This document shows, in pieces, positions 52,795 to 63,001 of a stretch of 64,000 bases of DNA. Position 1 is the stretch's first letter. Every line of letters starts with the position of its first letter. The notes below the pieces were generated by a model, which made no database searches, was not told the origin of the DNA, and saw only the letters and a list, made by a program, of their open reading frames with translations. Source of the stretch: Candidatus Omnitrophota bacterium (GTDB lineage Bacteria > Omnitrophota > Omnitrophia > Omnitrophales > Aquincolibacteriaceae); NCBI GenBank assembly GCA_903856085.1, contig CAIOAT010000029.1, positions 3,507 to 67,506 on the forward strand, given 5' to 3'. A program made the translations under genes and the position numbers.

Positions 52795-53672
52795 GCTGTT
52801 CGGACAAAGTGAAGCATCGCGAACTCCTCGAATTGATCGCTTGGGGCCGCGGAGAGCTTTCGCGCGCTGGCATCGAGGAAGCGCAAGAAGAGTGCGAGCG
52901 AATTTTGATGAAGCTTTTTGGTTGCCCGCGTTCTGCGCTCTATTTAGAAGAACACGAACTGGCCTCTTCGGGAGTCCGGGAACGGTTCTTGAAGCTCCTT
53001 GAAAAGAGGCTTCAAAGGATCCCGCTGGCTTATCTTCTAAAAGAAGCGGATTTTTGGAAGGAAACTTTGTTTGTAGATGAGCGATGCCTTATCCCGCGAC
53101 CTGAAACCGAGATTTTAGTCGAACAGGTATTGAAAGTATTTGGAAAAAATACCGAAAAAAAGTTTTCATTTTTAGATATAGGGACAGGTTCTGGCGCTAT
53201 CGCCATCGCGATCTTACAAGCCTGTGGAAAAGCCGTCGGTACGCTTCTGGATGTTTCCAGGGACGCTCTGGAGGTTGCACGGGAAAATTTGAATCGCTAC
53301 GCGTTGGAAGATCGAGCGAGGCTGGTTCAAGGCGATTTGTTTGAGGTGTTCAAGAAAGATGAAAAATGGGAGTTGATCGTTTCGAACCCGCCTTATTTGT
53401 CAGCAGAGGATTGGAAAGAGGTCCAGGAAGAGCTTAAATTTGAGCCCAGGGAGGCTTTGGACGGCGGGGAAGACGGCTTGGACTTATATCGAAAGATCAT
53501 CGCCGGAGCCAAAGAGCATTTGATCCCCAGGGGAGTGCTAGCCTTGGAAGTGGGGCAGGGTCAAGCGGACAAGGTTTCAAAGTGGCTTCAGACCGCGGGT
53601 TATGATAATATCCAGCGTTTCAATGACCATTTGCAGGTTCAACGGGTCGTAACGGCCCAGAGGCATTCTTAA
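52791..53672 (+). CDS. prmC: Release factor glutamine N5-methyltransferase (HemK/PrmC)
   Basis: The NPPY motif is in LIVSNPPYL. SAM-binding DIGTGSGAIAI is present. It is translationally coupled to prfA. Confidence 0.9.
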   Translation: MSCSDKVKHRELLELIAWGRGELSRAGIEEAQEECERILMKLFGCPRSALYLEEHELASSGVRERFLKLLEKRLQRIPLAYLLKEADFWKETLFVDERCLIPRPETEILVEQVLKVFGKNTEKKFSFLDIGTGSGAIAIAILQACGKAVGTLLDVSRDALEVARENLNRYALEDRARLVQGDLFEVFKKDEKWELIVSNPPYLSAEDWKEVQEELKFEPREALDGGEDGLDLYRKIIAGAKEHLIPRGVLALEVGQGQADKVSKWLQTAGYDNIQRFNDHLQVQRVVTAQRHS

Positions 53673-53678
53673 TTCTGT

Positions 53679-54944
53679 ATGGATAAAATCATTATTCAAG
53701 GTGGGAACCGGCTCAAGGGAGAGGTCGACGTGTCCGGGTCTAAGAACGCGGTGCTGCCGATCATGGCGGCGGCGCTTCTTACCGAAGAAGAGTCCGTTAT
53801 TACGAATGTTCCGTCGCTTTGGGACGTGCATACGATGGTGAAGCTCCTTCGTTCGCTCGGAGCAAAGGCGATCCTTGAGAACGGCTGTTTGAAAGTGAAG
53901 CCGGGTAAGAACCTGAAACCGCTCGCGCCTTACAAGCTTGTGAAGACCATGCGCGCATCGGTGTGCGTGCTGGGGCCGCTTTTAGCGCGGCTCGGAGAAG
54001 CCGAAGTATCGCTTCCCGGGGGATGCGCGATCGGGCCAAGGCCGATCGATCTTCATTTGAAAGGTCTTGAAGCTCTGAATGCCGAAATTAATATCGCGCA
54101 CGGGTATGTGAAGGTCAAAGCCAAAACGAAATTGCGTGGGGCGGAGATCTATCTCGGGGGCGGTTACGGATCGTCGGTGCTGGCCACGGACAATGTCATG
54201 ATGGCAGCGACTCTGGCGTATGGAAAAACCGTGATCGAGAATGCGGCGTGCGAACCCGAAGTTGTGGACCTTGCGAGATTCTTAAGAAAGATGGGCGCGA
54301 AGATCGCGGGAGAAGGTTCGCCACGGATCGAGATCGAAGGCGTTAGGAAGCTCCATGGCGCGGAGCATCAAGTGATTCCGGACCGGATCGAAGCGGGAAC
54401 ATTCCTTTATGCTGCGGCGATCACAGGAGGGGATATCCTGGTTCGAAAAATGGAACCCAGCCATCTTAACGCAGTGATCGACAAGCTTCAACAAGCCGGC
54501 GTGCGCGTCGAAAAGTTCAAGAATTCTGCGCGCGTGAGGAAGTGCGGGAGGTTGAAGCCCGTTGATATTACGACGCTGCCGTATCCGGCGTTCCCCACGG
54601 ATCTGCAGGCGCAGGCCATGGCGCTTGCGACAGTGACGCCAGGGATCAGCGTAATCACGGAAAAGATCTACCCGAATCGTTTTATGCATGTGCCCGAACT
54701 CGGCCGCATGGGTGCAAAGGTGTTTTTGGAAGGGCCGAGCTCCATTGTGCATGGCGTCAAAAAATTGAGCGGAGCGCCGGTCATGGCCTCCGACCTCAGG
54801 GCAAGCGCAGCACTTGTGCTCGCAGGTCTGATCGCGGAAGGCGCGACCGAAGTCCAGCGCGTGTACCATCTGGACCGGGGTTATGAGAACCTCGAAGAGA
54901 AACTCACGGCCCTCGGAGCTTCGATCCGCAGGGAAAAAGAATAA
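53679..54944 (+). CDS. murA: UDP-N-acetylglucosamine 1-carboxyvinyltransferase
   Basis: The start is MDKIIIQGGNRLKGEVDVSGSKNAVLPIMAAALL. It is 421 aa with the EPSP-synthase fold. Confidence 0.95.
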   Translation: MDKIIIQGGNRLKGEVDVSGSKNAVLPIMAAALLTEEESVITNVPSLWDVHTMVKLLRSLGAKAILENGCLKVKPGKNLKPLAPYKLVKTMRASVCVLGPLLARLGEAEVSLPGGCAIGPRPIDLHLKGLEALNAEINIAHGYVKVKAKTKLRGAEIYLGGGYGSSVLATDNVMMAATLAYGKTVIENAACEPEVVDLARFLRKMGAKIAGEGSPRIEIEGVRKLHGAEHQVIPDRIEAGTFLYAAAITGGDILVRKMEPSHLNAVIDKLQQAGVRVEKFKNSARVRKCGRLKPVDITTLPYPAFPTDLQAQAMALATVTPGISVITEKIYPNRFMHVPELGRMGAKVFLEGPSSIVHGVKKLSGAPVMASDLRASAALVLAGLIAEGATEVQRVYHLDRGYENLEEKLTALGASIRREKE

Positions 54945-55068
54945 TAAAAACTCGAAAATCAAAGAGTGAAATTAGGAAGTTGCTTACGCGACTGCTTCAA
55001 GCGTCTGAAAGAGTTCCGAAATTTTGATCTTTGAAGTTTAATTTTTAAAATGAATACAAGGAGGTCTT

Positions 55069-55326
55069 GTGGCAGTCAAAATCAGAATGAAACGTTTCGG
55101 CAGTAAGAATCGTCCTCAGTGGCGCATCGTGGTCAGTGATGCGAAGATGCCGCGTGATGGGCGCTTCATCGAGGAGATCGGCTATTACGACGCTCTTCCC
55201 AAAGAAGATATTTTCGTCGTGAAGCAAGATCGTCTCGACTATTGGGTGAAGCAGGGCGCGCAGATGAGTGTGGCCTTGAAGAGCCTTGTGCGGCGCGAGA
55301 AGAGAAAGATCAAGAAGAGCGCCTAG
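55069..55326 (+). CDS. rpsP: 30S ribosomal protein S16
   Basis: The start is MAVKIRMKRFGSKNRPQWRIVV. Confidence 0.95.
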   Translation: MAVKIRMKRFGSKNRPQWRIVVSDAKMPRDGRFIEEIGYYDALPKEDIFVVKQDRLDYWVKQGAQMSVALKSLVRREKRKIKKSA

Positions 55327-55419
55327 CGTTCTCTGTTTTTTTCGGTGAACGACAGAGCTGCGAATCTTTTTAGTTAAGAGTTGCGCAGTGCTAGGGCCCT
55401 TGGGTCAGGAAGGCGTTTC

Positions 55420-56088
55420 ATGCTTACGATCGATATCGTGACGCTTTTTCCGGATTTTTTCAAAAGCCCTCTCGATGAGTCGCTTTTAGAAAAGGCTCAG
55501 GCAAAAGGGCTAGTGAAGATCCGGGCGCATGATCTTCGCGAATGGACGCACGATCGCCATAAAACAGCGGATGACAAGCCGTTTGGCGGTGGGGCGGGGA
55601 TGGTGATGAAGCCCGAGCCGATCTTTGAATGCGTGGAAGCGATCGGCGAGGAAGCCTGGGTGGTGCTTCTCGACCCTCAAGGCGAGCCCATGAGCCAGAC
55701 GCTGGCTGCAAAGCTTGCGAAGAAAAAACATCTCGTTCTGATCGCCGGGCATTATGAAGGAGTGGATCAGCGCGTCAAAGACCACTTGATCGACCAGGAA
55801 ATATCGGTGGGCGATTTTATTACGATGGGCGGGGAAGCACCGGCCCTTTGCTTGATCGAGGCGGTGACAAGGCTTGTGCCGGGCGTTTTGGGGAACGCGG
55901 AATCAATCAAGCATGAGAGTTTTCAGGACGGGGTGCTAGAACACCCTCATTACACACGGCCCCGGGAATACCGGGGATGGAAAGTGCCCGATGTACTGGT
56001 ATCGGGGGATCACAAAGAGCTGGGGGCTTGGCGAAAAAAATCAGCCGAGCAGGTGACAAGGCGAAAAAGGCCTGATCTTTTAAAATAA
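55420..56088 (+). CDS. trmD: tRNA (guanine37-N1)-methyltransferase
   Basis: The start is [14 protein letters not shown], preceded by the SD sequence GGAAGG. The SPOUT fold is present. No rimM lies between rpsP and trmD. Confidence 0.93.
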   Translation: MLTIDIVTLFPDFFKSPLDESLLEKAQAKGLVKIRAHDLREWTHDRHKTADDKPFGGGAGMVMKPEPIFECVEAIGEEAWVVLLDPQGEPMSQTLAAKLAKKKHLVLIAGHYEGVDQRVKDHLIDQEISVGDFITMGGEAPALCLIEAVTRLVPGVLGNAESIKHESFQDGVLEHPHYTRPREYRGWKVPDVLVSGDHKELGAWRKKSAEQVTRRKRPDLLK

Positions 56089-56113
56089 TTTACACAAACG
56101 GGAGAAAAACCAA

Positions 56114-56422
56114 ATGAATAAAATGGATATCGTTGAAAAAGAAGCCGCAGCCAAAAAAACGCCGGAATTTCGCGTGGGCGACACCCTCAAGGTGCACGTT
56201 CGCGTCAAAGAGGGCGATAAAACACGCACCCAGCTTTTCGAGGGTGTCTGCATCCGCAAAAAAGGAAAAGGCGTTCGCGCCAGTTTTACCGTTCTCAAAG
56301 AAAGCTACGGGGACAAGGTCGAAAAGATCTTTCCGCTTCATTCGCCGAATGTGGAAAAGGTTACGGTGAGCGTGAAAGGAAAAGTCCGTCGCGCGAAGTT
56401 GTATTACCTGAAAAATCAATAG
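56114..56422 (+). CDS. rplS: 50S ribosomal protein L19
   Basis: The protein reads [29 protein letters not shown]. Confidence 0.95.
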   Translation: MNKMDIVEKEAAAKKTPEFRVGDTLKVHVRVKEGDKTRTQLFEGVCIRKKGKGVRASFTVLKESYGDKVEKIFPLHSPNVEKVTVSVKGKVRRAKLYYLKNQ

Positions 56423-56444
56423 CACCTACTCGGGCGCCGTCGCG

Positions 56445-57179
56445 ATGGAGGTTGCTGAAAAGGTATCCCGCAAGGCGCTTCTCCTTGAGAAACTCCTGGC
56501 TTTTGACCGACAGGAAGCCCCTGCCGACGGCAAGGGATGGCTGGCGGGCGTGGATGAAGCCGGGCGCGGCCCTTTAGCCGGCCCCGTAGTTGCAGCGGCT
56601 GTAATCCTTGTGAGGCCCGAGACTCTCGCCGGCATTAATGATTCCAAAAAATTGAGCGCTGAACGTCGCGAAGAACTTTATGTTCGGATCGCACGCACCT
56701 CGATCGTCGGCATCGGTTTTGCGGACGAAAAGCAGATCGACGAACTCAATATCTACGAAGCCACACGCCTGGCCATGAAAAAGGCCGTCCTGAGCCTTTC
56801 GCACACGCCCGCAAGTCTTCTGATCGACGGACCCATGCGCTTGGATCTCGCGCTTGAGCAAAAAGGCATTATTCATGGCGACGGAAAATCAGCGAGTATT
56901 GCCGCAGCCTCGATTGTGGCTAAAGTCTTTCGTGACCACTGGATGCGAAAACTCCACGAGGTCTATCCCGCCTATGGCTTCCAGAGCCACAAAGGGTACG
57001 GGACCGTCGCGCATATGCAAGCGCTCAAGGAAAAAGGCCCCTCTCTTGTTCATCGCTACAGCTTTGCACCGGTTCGGGAGGCGGCATTGATTTTTCATCC
57101 GGCGAAGAAACTTCCGAAAGCGGGCGTCGCCCCGACGACTCTCATTCAAAAGAAAATCAAAGGCGGGGCGGTTTCATGA
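56445..57179 (+). CDS. rnhB: Ribonuclease HII
   Basis: The motif AGVDEAGRGPLAGPVV is present. Confidence 0.93.
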   Translation: MEVAEKVSRKALLLEKLLAFDRQEAPADGKGWLAGVDEAGRGPLAGPVVAAAVILVRPETLAGINDSKKLSAERREELYVRIARTSIVGIGFADEKQIDELNIYEATRLAMKKAVLSLSHTPASLLIDGPMRLDLALEQKGIIHGDGKSASIAAASIVAKVFRDHWMRKLHEVYPAYGFQSHKGYGTVAHMQALKEKGPSLVHRYSFAPVREAALIFHPAKKLPKAGVAPTTLIQKKIKGGAVS

Positions 57180-57574
57180 AACTGACGCCCCACCCCGGAC
57201 CCTTTCAAGCGCCTTTGGGTGAGCGAGGCGAAAGGGCGGCTTGCGGATTCCTGAAAGAACGCGGATACGAGATCCTCGAAAAGAATTATAAGTGCAAGAT
57301 CGGCGAGATCGATGTGATCGCCCGGCGGCAGGGAAGGCTTGCCTTCATTGAGATCAAGACGCGGACGAGCACTCAATTCGGGACACCGCAGGAAGCCGTT
57401 AACCTTCCCAAGCAAGAAAAGATCTTCAAGGTTGCCCAGTGGTACATGAAGGAAAAGAAGCTTGTGAAAATTCCGGTCGCATTTGACGTTGTCGCGGTCC
57501 TTTGGAGAGAAGGCGAGGCGCCCGAAATGCGCCTGATCGTCGACGCTTTTGAAAAAGAAGACAAACCCTATTGA
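57176..57574 (+). CDS. yraN: YraN-family (UPF0102) putative endonuclease
   Basis: The motif GEIDVIARRQGRLAFIEIKTR is present. It overlaps the rnhB stop. Confidence 0.8.
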   Translation: MKLTPHPGPFQAPLGERGERAACGFLKERGYEILEKNYKCKIGEIDVIARRQGRLAFIEIKTRTSTQFGTPQEAVNLPKQEKIFKVAQWYMKEKKLVKIPVAFDVVAVLWREGEAPEMRLIVDAFEKEDKPY

Positions 57575-57657
57575 TTCTCTGACGCAAAGAGTGCAAAATA
57601 CTGGCCGTTCATCTTTTTAAGCTTCGGAAGACCCTGGGACCAAGAATATTTTGAGCC

Positions 57658-58983
57658 ATGACCGCAAAAGCTAGAAAATTATTTAGTTTTCTCTGTCTCG
57701 GTTTATTCGCCTTCGCTTTGATCGGATATGGCGAAGAGCAAAAAGCCGATCTTTATGCGCCTGTTTACAACAAGCCTCTTTCCGCCCAACCCCTCAAAGA
57801 CGTCCTTTCAAGGATCATCGAATTTCCCTTCAAGCTGATCAAGTGGCCGACGGACAAAGGGATTATTTATACCGAACAACATCGACTGGATAAGAAAACA
57901 AAATGGATTTACGAACAATCCCTCAAGCAAGGGGTTAAGCCCCTCTTCGGGTTCACGGACTTGAGCGCGCTTCCTTTTTTTGGTGCGGAATTTAATCTTT
58001 TAACGCTTGCCAGGCAGAAAGAAAAATACCCGGATTTGTTTGCTACCACGACACTGCTTTATTGTCCCAGCGTTTTTTTCTCGATCGGTTCTGAGATCGG
58101 CGCGCAGAAGATCGGCGGGACGGGGTTTCACACCAAAGGTCTTTTTAGCTATGATCGCCAGCAAAAAGAACCTTTTTACGGGATTGGGCCGCATACCAGC
58201 ATGGGAGACAGCACCTCCTACCGATTGACGACGACCCGGGTGGGCGCTGCGGCCGGTTATGAGTTTTCGCCCACGATCGATCTTGACGCCGGTTTTGATT
58301 ACAGAAAAGAAAATATTTTAAACCGGGCCCACGACGGCAAAGGGGATATAAGGAGTATTTTTGCGGGACAGAACATCCCGGGCATCGGCGGGGATGATCT
58401 CTTGGACTATTCTCTGGTGCTTGGGCGCGATACGCGCGACAGCAAGGATGAGGCGACCAAAGGAAGTTATCAAAAACTCCTTTTTCAGTTTACGGACAGC
58501 GTCAAGGGTACCTCGGCGCGTTTTTTCAAGTACCAGATCGATATGGCTAAATACTTCCAACTTGCGTCTCCGCGCCGCATTCTGGTGACGCGCTTGTTCG
58601 CTGAACACAACGAGAAGATCGATCACGGGGAAGTTCCTTTTTATGACATGGCCAAATTGGGCGGTGCCGGGGCGAATGCGCGGGACAGCGAAACCGAGCG
58701 GGCATTTGTTTACAACCGGTTCTACGGACAAAGCGCGCTGCTCTTGAATTTGGAATACCGTTACACCGTGATGGAATACAAAGAATTTAAGTTGAAAACA
58801 GCTTTTTTCTCCGACACAGGAGAAGTTTTTGGCAAGATTCACCAATTCCGCGTGGTCGACCTCCAGGAATCGTACGGTATCGGTTTTTATCTTAGCTATG
58901 CGAGGAACACTCTCTTGAATTTTTCGGTAGCCCATGGCAATGAAGGCACGCGGTTCTATGTTAAAAACAAACTCGCGTTTTAG
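57658..58983 (+). CDS. Outer-membrane beta-barrel protein, Omp85/Bac_surface_Ag-like with no POTRA domain.
   Basis: It has a signal peptide and 441 aa. The C-terminal barrel signature ends ...RFYVKNKLAF with a terminal Phe. Alternating beta-strand patterns include LLNLEYRY and GIGFYLSY. Confidence 0.55.
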   Translation: MTAKARKLFSFLCLGLFAFALIGYGEEQKADLYAPVYNKPLSAQPLKDVLSRIIEFPFKLIKWPTDKGIIYTEQHRLDKKTKWIYEQSLKQGVKPLFGFTDLSALPFFGAEFNLLTLARQKEKYPDLFATTTLLYCPSVFFSIGSEIGAQKIGGTGFHTKGLFSYDRQQKEPFYGIGPHTSMGDSTSYRLTTTRVGAAAGYEFSPTIDLDAGFDYRKENILNRAHDGKGDIRSIFAGQNIPGIGGDDLLDYSLVLGRDTRDSKDEATKGSYQKLLFQFTDSVKGTSARFFKYQIDMAKYFQLASPRRILVTRLFAEHNEKIDHGEVPFYDMAKLGGAGANARDSETERAFVYNRFYGQSALLLNLEYRYTVMEYKEFKLKTAFFSDTGEVFGKIHQFRVVDLQESYGIGFYLSYARNTLLNFSVAHGNEGTRFYVKNKLAF

Positions 58984-58993
58984 GATGGTACCC

Positions 58994-60646
58994 ATGAACA
59001 TGAAACTTAAAAAAATAAAACTAGCTCACCAAGCGCTAGCGTTTGTGATCCTCGGGTTTGGGGTATTCGGTCTGACGGGGCTAGCCATGGCCGGAGAAAC
59101 GGTCAAATTCAAAGAGAGCGAGTCCTCGTTTTACAGCGATCTTTTTGATCAAAATGTTTACAGTGAAGGTGTGAACCAACTCGATCTGGGGCGCTGGGGG
59201 AGGAAGCTTTTCGGAAAAGAGCTCTCTTCGAAGGATGTGAATGTTTTTGATGAAGTGCCGGATTCCGGGTTTTTTACGAATCGTCAGGGTCGTGAGAAGC
59301 TCTCCCGCGAAGCTCTTGAAAAGGGATATCAGGAAACCTCCGGGCCGGATCTGAGCAAACCGTTGGAAGTTCTTGCGGCAGAACAGCGGGGGATCTACCC
59401 ACGGTTTTGGGTCAGGGATGCGCGTGGGGACGAATATCTTCTAGAATTCGATCCTCAGGGGAACATGGAGCTTGTAACAGGGGCCGAGATTATCGCCAGC
59501 CGGTTCTATTATGCGCTAGGCTATACTGTCCCGCAGTTCACGATCCTTTCGATCAAGCCAGGCCAGTTTCAAGTGGCTTCCCAAGCCACCACCTGGGAAG
59601 ACACAGGCTTTAAAAAGACGTTGAGCCAAAAACGGTTTGAAGAGTACCTGATGGTTTTGCCTCAGAACGCGGAAGGTCTTTACCGGGCTTCGGCATGCAA
59701 GATCATGAAAGGGGACTATCACGGGACCTTCAGTTTCGAATCCCGCCGGAAAGACGATCCCGCGGATCTAGTGAACCACCGGGATCGTCGGGAGATACGG
59801 ACGCTTGGGATTTTTGCCGCCTGGCTGAACCATTATGATCTTCGTGCAAGCGATACCTTGGACATGTCTGTCGAAAAGAATGGACAGATCGAAATGAAGC
59901 ATTATCTCACTGATTTTAACGGGGCCCTGGGCTCGACGCAGGAAGGTCCCAAGGGTCCGATGCTCGGTTACGAATATGCCATCGATTATGGAGAGACCAT
60001 AAAATCGATCCTGGCATTAGGATTTCGCGAGAAACCCTGGCAAAAAAAATGGCGTCTGGCAGGCGAAAAGAAACAGACGTTCCCGGCGGTGGGTTATTTT
60101 ACAAACGAATTTTTTACCCCAGCGGATTACAAAACAGAATTCCCCTACGAAGCATTCCGCCTTGTGACCCGCGCGGACGGATTTTGGGCCGCGAAGCTTC
60201 TCATGAGTTTTTCGGAGGAGGATATCCGGGCGATGGTCAAGGCCGGGCAATATAGGGAAGCGAAAGACGCGGAAGTTATTGCCAAGATTTTGATCGAGCG
60301 GCGTGACATGATCGTTCGTTATTGGCTTTCTCGCGTTAATCCGCTGGACGGATTCTCGCTTTCTGGCGGAAAGTTATCTTTCAAGGATCTTGCGATCGAT
60401 TACGGAATGGCCTCAAAAGAGGGAAACGTTTACCACGTCGAAGTGATGAACGACGGACGAAAAGGAAAGATCGCGCAATCTGAAGCGAAAACACCGGGCA
60501 TTGATATTCGGCCGGAATGGATTCCCGCAAAAGGCGAAACCAGGATCATTTTTCGCGTCTCACGCGCTTCTACTAAGACAGTAAGCCCCGCCGTTACGGT
60601 TCTTCTGAATGCCGCAGGCGTTCAAGGGATCCGTCACGAAGATTAG
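58994..60646 (+). CDS. Secreted hypothetical protein
   Basis: The start, MNMKLKKIKLAHQALAFVILGFGVFGLTGLAMAGE, is a signal peptide. No recognisable family was found. It is adjacent to the OMP gene. Confidence 0.5.
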   Translation: MNMKLKKIKLAHQALAFVILGFGVFGLTGLAMAGETVKFKESESSFYSDLFDQNVYSEGVNQLDLGRWGRKLFGKELSSKDVNVFDEVPDSGFFTNRQGREKLSREALEKGYQETSGPDLSKPLEVLAAEQRGIYPRFWVRDARGDEYLLEFDPQGNMELVTGAEIIASRFYYALGYTVPQFTILSIKPGQFQVASQATTWEDTGFKKTLSQKRFEEYLMVLPQNAEGLYRASACKIMKGDYHGTFSFESRRKDDPADLVNHRDRREIRTLGIFAAWLNHYDLRASDTLDMSVEKNGQIEMKHYLTDFNGALGSTQEGPKGPMLGYEYAIDYGETIKSILALGFREKPWQKKWRLAGEKKQTFPAVGYFTNEFFTPADYKTEFPYEAFRLVTRADGFWAAKLLMSFSEEDIRAMVKAGQYREAKDAEVIAKILIERRDMIVRYWLSRVNPLDGFSLSGGKLSFKDLAIDYGMASKEGNVYHVEVMNDGRKGKIAQSEAKTPGIDIRPEWIPAKGETRIIFRVSRASTKTVSPAVTVLLNAAGVQGIRHED

Positions 60647-60709
60647 ATTCACATTCTCCCCCCTGCGGGACCGAGACGAAGGGGAAGACTCCCTTTGAGA
60701 CAGCCTTAC

Positions 60710-62998
60710 CTACCGGGAGGCTTTGGGTTGCTCCAGCGGGATCGTGAAGGAAAAGGCGCTGCCTTTTTTGTATTCCGATTCTATTTCGATCTTGCCGTGA
60801 TGCCGTTCCACGATCATCTTGGAGATGGCAAGCCCCAACCCCGTGCCACCTGGCGCAACGAGCTTAGCGGATTCAAGCTGGCCGAATTTTCTGAAAAGCT
60901 TCGGAACATCTTCTTGTTGAATGCCGATCCCCGTGTCTTTGACCGAGACCTTGACCCCCTGGGAGTTCACGGAGGATGTGATCGTGAGTTCACCCTGGAG
61001 TGTGAATTTGATGGCATTCTGTAAAAAATTCGTGAGGACCTGAACGATCTTATCGCGATCAAGTTCGATCTCCGGAAGGTCCTTTTGAAGCGCCAGTTTT
61101 AAGCGAAGATTCTTGTTTTCCACCAAGGGGTGCATGGAGGCACCCACCTCCTCAATGATCCGCGTCAGGTTTTCTTTTCTCATTTGGAATTCGATCACCC
61201 CGGCCTCAAGCCTGTGAAAGGCGAGCACGTCGTTGACGAGACGCACCAGCCGGTCGACGCAACGCTTGGAGATGTTCAGCACTTCTTTCTGCTCGGGAGT
61301 GATCTCTCCCGTAAGACCCTCAAGCACGATGCTCAGACCTTCTTTCACGGAATGGATCGGTGTGCGGAGTTCATGCGACACCATCTGGATCAGCTCGGCT
61401 TTGATCTCGAGGGCTTCCTGATATTTATGTTCCGTCACGTCTTTTGCGAAACAGTAAAAACCGTCAAAGACCTTGTCTTTGTTCACGTTCTTAACCAGGA
61501 CGACATATTGGTGAAAGATCGAACCGTCCTTACGAATGGCCTTGACCTCGGTTTCTGCCTTACCCGTTTTCTTCATTTCTTCAAAAGCAGTTTTGGCCTT
61601 ATCGGCATCTTCGGGACAGATCATTGACATGCGGTTCAGTCCCACCAATTCCTCTGGGGAATAGCCCATCATGGCGGCGTAGGCCTTGTTGGCGCTCAAG
61701 AATTTCTTGTTGAGGTCCAGGCTCGCGATGCCGTCGAGGGCATTTTCCATCGCCATAGAAAATTCCCGCAGGCGTTGTTCAGTTTGGATTCTCTCCGTAA
61801 TATCCTCTGAAATGCCAAGCAGATAGACGGATTTCCCTTGAGGGTCCATGATCGGGATCTTTTTTGTGTGAAGGATTCGCGCTCCCTTTTTGTGAGTGTG
61901 AATGGTTTCTTCTTGGATTTCCAGCAACGTTTGAGAACGGAGTGTTTCCTTGTCTTTTTCGATAAAAAAAGTCGCTTCATTTTTAGGAAAAAAAGAAAAG
62001 TCGTTTTTGCCCAACAGCTCTTCACGTTTGTATCCCAAAAGTTCTTCTCCCGCGCGGTTGAAGCGCACAAAACGCAATTCGGCGGCGTCCTTAATGAAAA
62101 GCATATCCGGGATGTTTTCGATGACAGAGTCTAAAAAGGTGTTGGCTTGCCGGAGCTCCTTTTCGATCCGGATGCGCTCATCGACCTGCGCACGCAGCTC
62201 ATCATTGGAGAGTCCGAGCAGACGTGTTTTCTGTTCGAGCTCTACGGTCCTTTCTTTCACCTTGAGTTCGAGGGCTATATTGAGGTTCTTGAGTTGCCAC
62301 AAGTAAATTCCGAGACGCTTAAGTGTTGGCAGAAATACCAGCGCGCCGATCAGGCCGAGAAACAGGATATTTAAAATCAAAATAATTTGGCCCAATTCTC
62401 TCACTGCGCGGATTTGGGCGTCGGTGTCTTCCTGAAACTTTTTAATCGAAGTACGGAACGAGCTGAGAAGGTGAGAGCTTTTTTTCTGGAAAGCTAGAAG
62501 CTGAGGATTGTCAGCGCTTACCCTGAGGGGAGACCCTAAAAGGAATTTTTTTAAAGCGGAAAAATATTCTTCTAGATCCTGGTTCAACGGAGAGGAAGAA
62601 GAAAGGTAGATCCTCCGGAGGGTGGGGATCAGCGAGAGAGAGAGCTGTGTTTTTTGGGCAACGATATCATTAGAGGTTGTGCCGAAGACGAGGAGAGAAC
62701 GCAAATCGTCGTGAACATTCGCTCGGAGAGTTGTGCGTTCGACAGCATCGGCCGAGCGTGCGTATTCGATGGAAAGAAAAGTCGTTTTCTGTACCAGGCC
62801 GTATTGTTTTTCCATGAAACCAACGCACGCCGCGTCGCGTTCAGCATGACCGACCTGACTGTCCAGAACAAAAAAATTACAAACCGCGAAACAAAAAAGA
62901 AGAATGAAGGAGAACAGAAACTTCAGATTTGTCGAAAAGAGGACCGGGTCCGGCTTTGCTTTGACGGCAGGTGTGTCCAGCGCGGTTTTCTTGGGCAT
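60710..62998 (-). CDS. Sensor histidine kinase with two TM segments, PAS domains, HisKA and HATPase_c, and no receiver domain.
   Basis: The H-box is SHELRTPIHS. The N and G boxes are LQNAIKFT, VKDTGIGI and GGTGLGLAISK. It is 762 aa. Confidence 0.9.
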   Translation of the reverse strand: MPKKTALDTPAVKAKPDPVLFSTNLKFLFSFILLFCFAVCNFFVLDSQVGHAERDAACVGFMEKQYGLVQKTTFLSIEYARSADAVERTTLRANVHDDLRSLLVFGTTSNDIVAQKTQLSLSLIPTLRRIYLSSSSPLNQDLEEYFSALKKFLLGSPLRVSADNPQLLAFQKKSSHLLSSFRTSIKKFQEDTDAQIRAVRELGQIILILNILFLGLIGALVFLPTLKRLGIYLWQLKNLNIALELKVKERTVELEQKTRLLGLSNDELRAQVDERIRIEKELRQANTFLDSVIENIPDMLFIKDAAELRFVRFNRAGEELLGYKREELLGKNDFSFFPKNEATFFIEKDKETLRSQTLLEIQEETIHTHKKGARILHTKKIPIMDPQGKSVYLLGISEDITERIQTEQRLREFSMAMENALDGIASLDLNKKFLSANKAYAAMMGYSPEELVGLNRMSMICPEDADKAKTAFEEMKKTGKAETEVKAIRKDGSIFHQYVVLVKNVNKDKVFDGFYCFAKDVTEHKYQEALEIKAELIQMVSHELRTPIHSVKEGLSIVLEGLTGEITPEQKEVLNISKRCVDRLVRLVNDVLAFHRLEAGVIEFQMRKENLTRIIEEVGASMHPLVENKNLRLKLALQKDLPEIELDRDKIVQVLTNFLQNAIKFTLQGELTITSSVNSQGVKVSVKDTGIGIQQEDVPKLFRKFGQLESAKLVAPGGTGLGLAISKMIVERHHGKIEIESEYKKGSAFSFTIPLEQPKASR

Positions 62999-63001
62999 GA
63001 T

